A DNA stretch of 64,000 bases, taken from NCBI GenBank assembly GCA_043228905.1, contig JBHGNT010000005.1:8432001-8496000 (forward strand), written 5' to 3'. Position 1 is the stretch's first letter. Each line of letters starts with the position of its first letter. The notes beneath the pieces were generated by a model. That model made no database searches, was not told where the DNA came from, and was given only the letters and a program-made list of their open reading frames with translations. Positions 62,121 to 64,000 of this stretch are shown one piece after another. The stretch comes from Azolla caroliniana (taxonomy: Eukaryota > Plantae > Polypodiophyta). The translations under genes and the position numbers were made by a program.

Positions 62121-63309
62121 ACAATTAATAGATAGGAAAAACATTGTTTGATAATTTGTAGGCAGTTTTCTATATCATAAACACTCATCTTTGGTCTCTT
62201 TTGTTGAAAGAGTAATTTCAAAAGGGATGATTTTGTACATGCGTCAAAACTTACTCTCATTGATACGAATATGAAGCATCCAAGTAGATATGAAGGAATA
62301 ATATAAACATGTTATGAACTCATGCATGAAACGAGTCATGCTATATCTATCTTAGTCTTAAGTTTTGGTTAACAAGACTTTATGATGTAAATAATATGCA
62401 TGCATCCCATCATCTTGTGGGTCATAAACTCATGTATCTCAATCATTTTGGATTATATAGAGAAGAGCATAGCCTATGAGCTCTATCTAGAGATTATATT
62501 GATATGTGATTAGTAATCTAGATTAATATCTAATCACTCTTTGATCTTGCTTAATAGTCTATTCTATAACAAAACAATTGTTAAGAATCTGATTTAGGCT
62601 AATACATTTCATAAATCCATTTACACCATAGTAAGTCCATAACCAAGTGGAATGGAAAGATAGTGATAAATGCACAAAACAATAAAATTGATGTCTAGGG
62701 AGACGAGAGAGAGGGAGAGGTAATAACAAGAAGATATATTGGCTAGAAAAGTGGCAAAGTCAACACATTGTTATTTCAATTAATACAACAGAAAATAAAA
62801 TGACCAAGACCTAGATTGTCTACTTTTTTAATCAGAGTTGGAGGGTTAAAACATAGCATCTGATTAATTGGGGTTTCCAACCAATGGTTATTAGTTACAA
62901 AAATTTCCTACCAAAGGACAAACAAAAGGCCAGGAGTTGGAAACTAGCTAATTGTGCTTAAGCATCAATGGATTCATTAAACTACTTAGGTATGTTAGGG
63001 TGAATACAATTGTGTACACTTCTATGAGTGTCATGATATGACAAGACTCAAACCCATAACCTTATCTATTGTAATATGTAGGATATTATTTTCATTTAAG
63101 TTTTACTCAAGAAAATTATTGTATATTCCAGATTTCTTTGGAACATTCTAGAAGCTTCAGGACTATTCCTAAGAACACTATAAAAAGAGGCACAAGGCAT
63201 TATTTCGAACCAATTTGGTTCAAACTATCAGGAATAATATTAAAATAGAGAGAATTAGTATTAGAGAAGGGAAGTACTATTAGTACTAAGAGGATAGACT
63301 GCGTAAGAC

Positions 63310-63313
<4 letters not shown>

Positions 63314-63363
<50 letters not shown>
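63314..63363. repeat. (GA)n microsatellite
   Basis: Pure GA run of ~50 bp. Confidence 0.95.
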
Positions 63364-63368
<5 letters not shown>

Positions 63369-63419
63369 ATGATAACAAATGATATAGTATGTGATCCTGA
63401 CAATGGGTGCTAGAAAAGT

Positions 63420-64000
63420 GACCTTGTGCTATTATTATGGGGTCCAAGAGATTTATTCTAGAAGGATCCATTTGCATTGGGTTGTAAATACTTCCTAAAG
63501 CTAGGTTGACATATTATTCTTAATAAGAATCATAAGCATTTTGTTATGAAAAATTATTGGAATGCTCAAGGGATTGCTAATCATTTCTTGAAGAATTTTT
63601 GGGATTAGATTATGAATAGGTCAATTGCACAAAGAATTACAACTTTTCAATGGTTGTTATGCGGATACATCATGCTTATGTAGGTTGTCTAAATGTCAAC
63701 CATAAGGATCTATACGACACTATTTTTGAGAGTATACAATGGTCAAAAAGTTTTTGATTACGTTTTTGTGATTTTTATTATTGCAAGGTTGATGGGCTTC
63801 GTTGCATGGGGCAATGTGGTCCAAAGTTCATTTCATAATTCCATTTCTTCTTATGAGATGCACTCCAATCATGCTTTTGAAATCAACAAATCAAATGTTA
63901 GCAATTTTGCAAGATTTGATGTTGGCTTACATGTCAGGATTGATTGGTTCCAAGTGTTGTATGACCTCTACGTAAAACTAGGGGTGTGCACAATCTTTCA
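63420..64000 (+). mobile_element. Decayed L1 zf-RVT-region remnant
   Basis: NFWD*I...RITTFQWLL...SIRHYF parallels FWKGLW...KIKLFWWQ...TLRHCLW in the 55-kb LINE. Confidence 0.4.

Overview
Eukaryotic land-plant DNA. The retroelement lineages suggest a non-seed plant, but that is low confidence. Bases 1-32.7 kb are a nested LTR-retrotransposon island that resolves from LTR termini, primer-binding sites (PBS), polypurine tracts (PPT) and target-site duplications (TSD). An outer Copia (X) carries Copia A (295-7260, with two solo LTRs inside) and Gypsy B (from ~7498, no 3' LTR). B carries minus-strand Copia E (15531-31861). E carries C (20735-31286), a gag-only element with a tRNA-Trp PBS and a 4-bp ACGC TSD. 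The 5' LTR of C carries an intact Copia D (21170-26800) with apparently identical LTRs. After the island come a ~550-bp tandem triplication, a foldback element and a degenerate repeat array. The one host gene is a 3-exon MIXTA-like (subgroup 9) R2R3-MYB on the minus strand (40012-43305, ~975 aa). The rest is AT-rich intergenic DNA with a 5'-truncated L1-type LINE (~54.9-59.2 kb) and old retroelement remnants. All identities and alignments were judged by eye; no searches were run.
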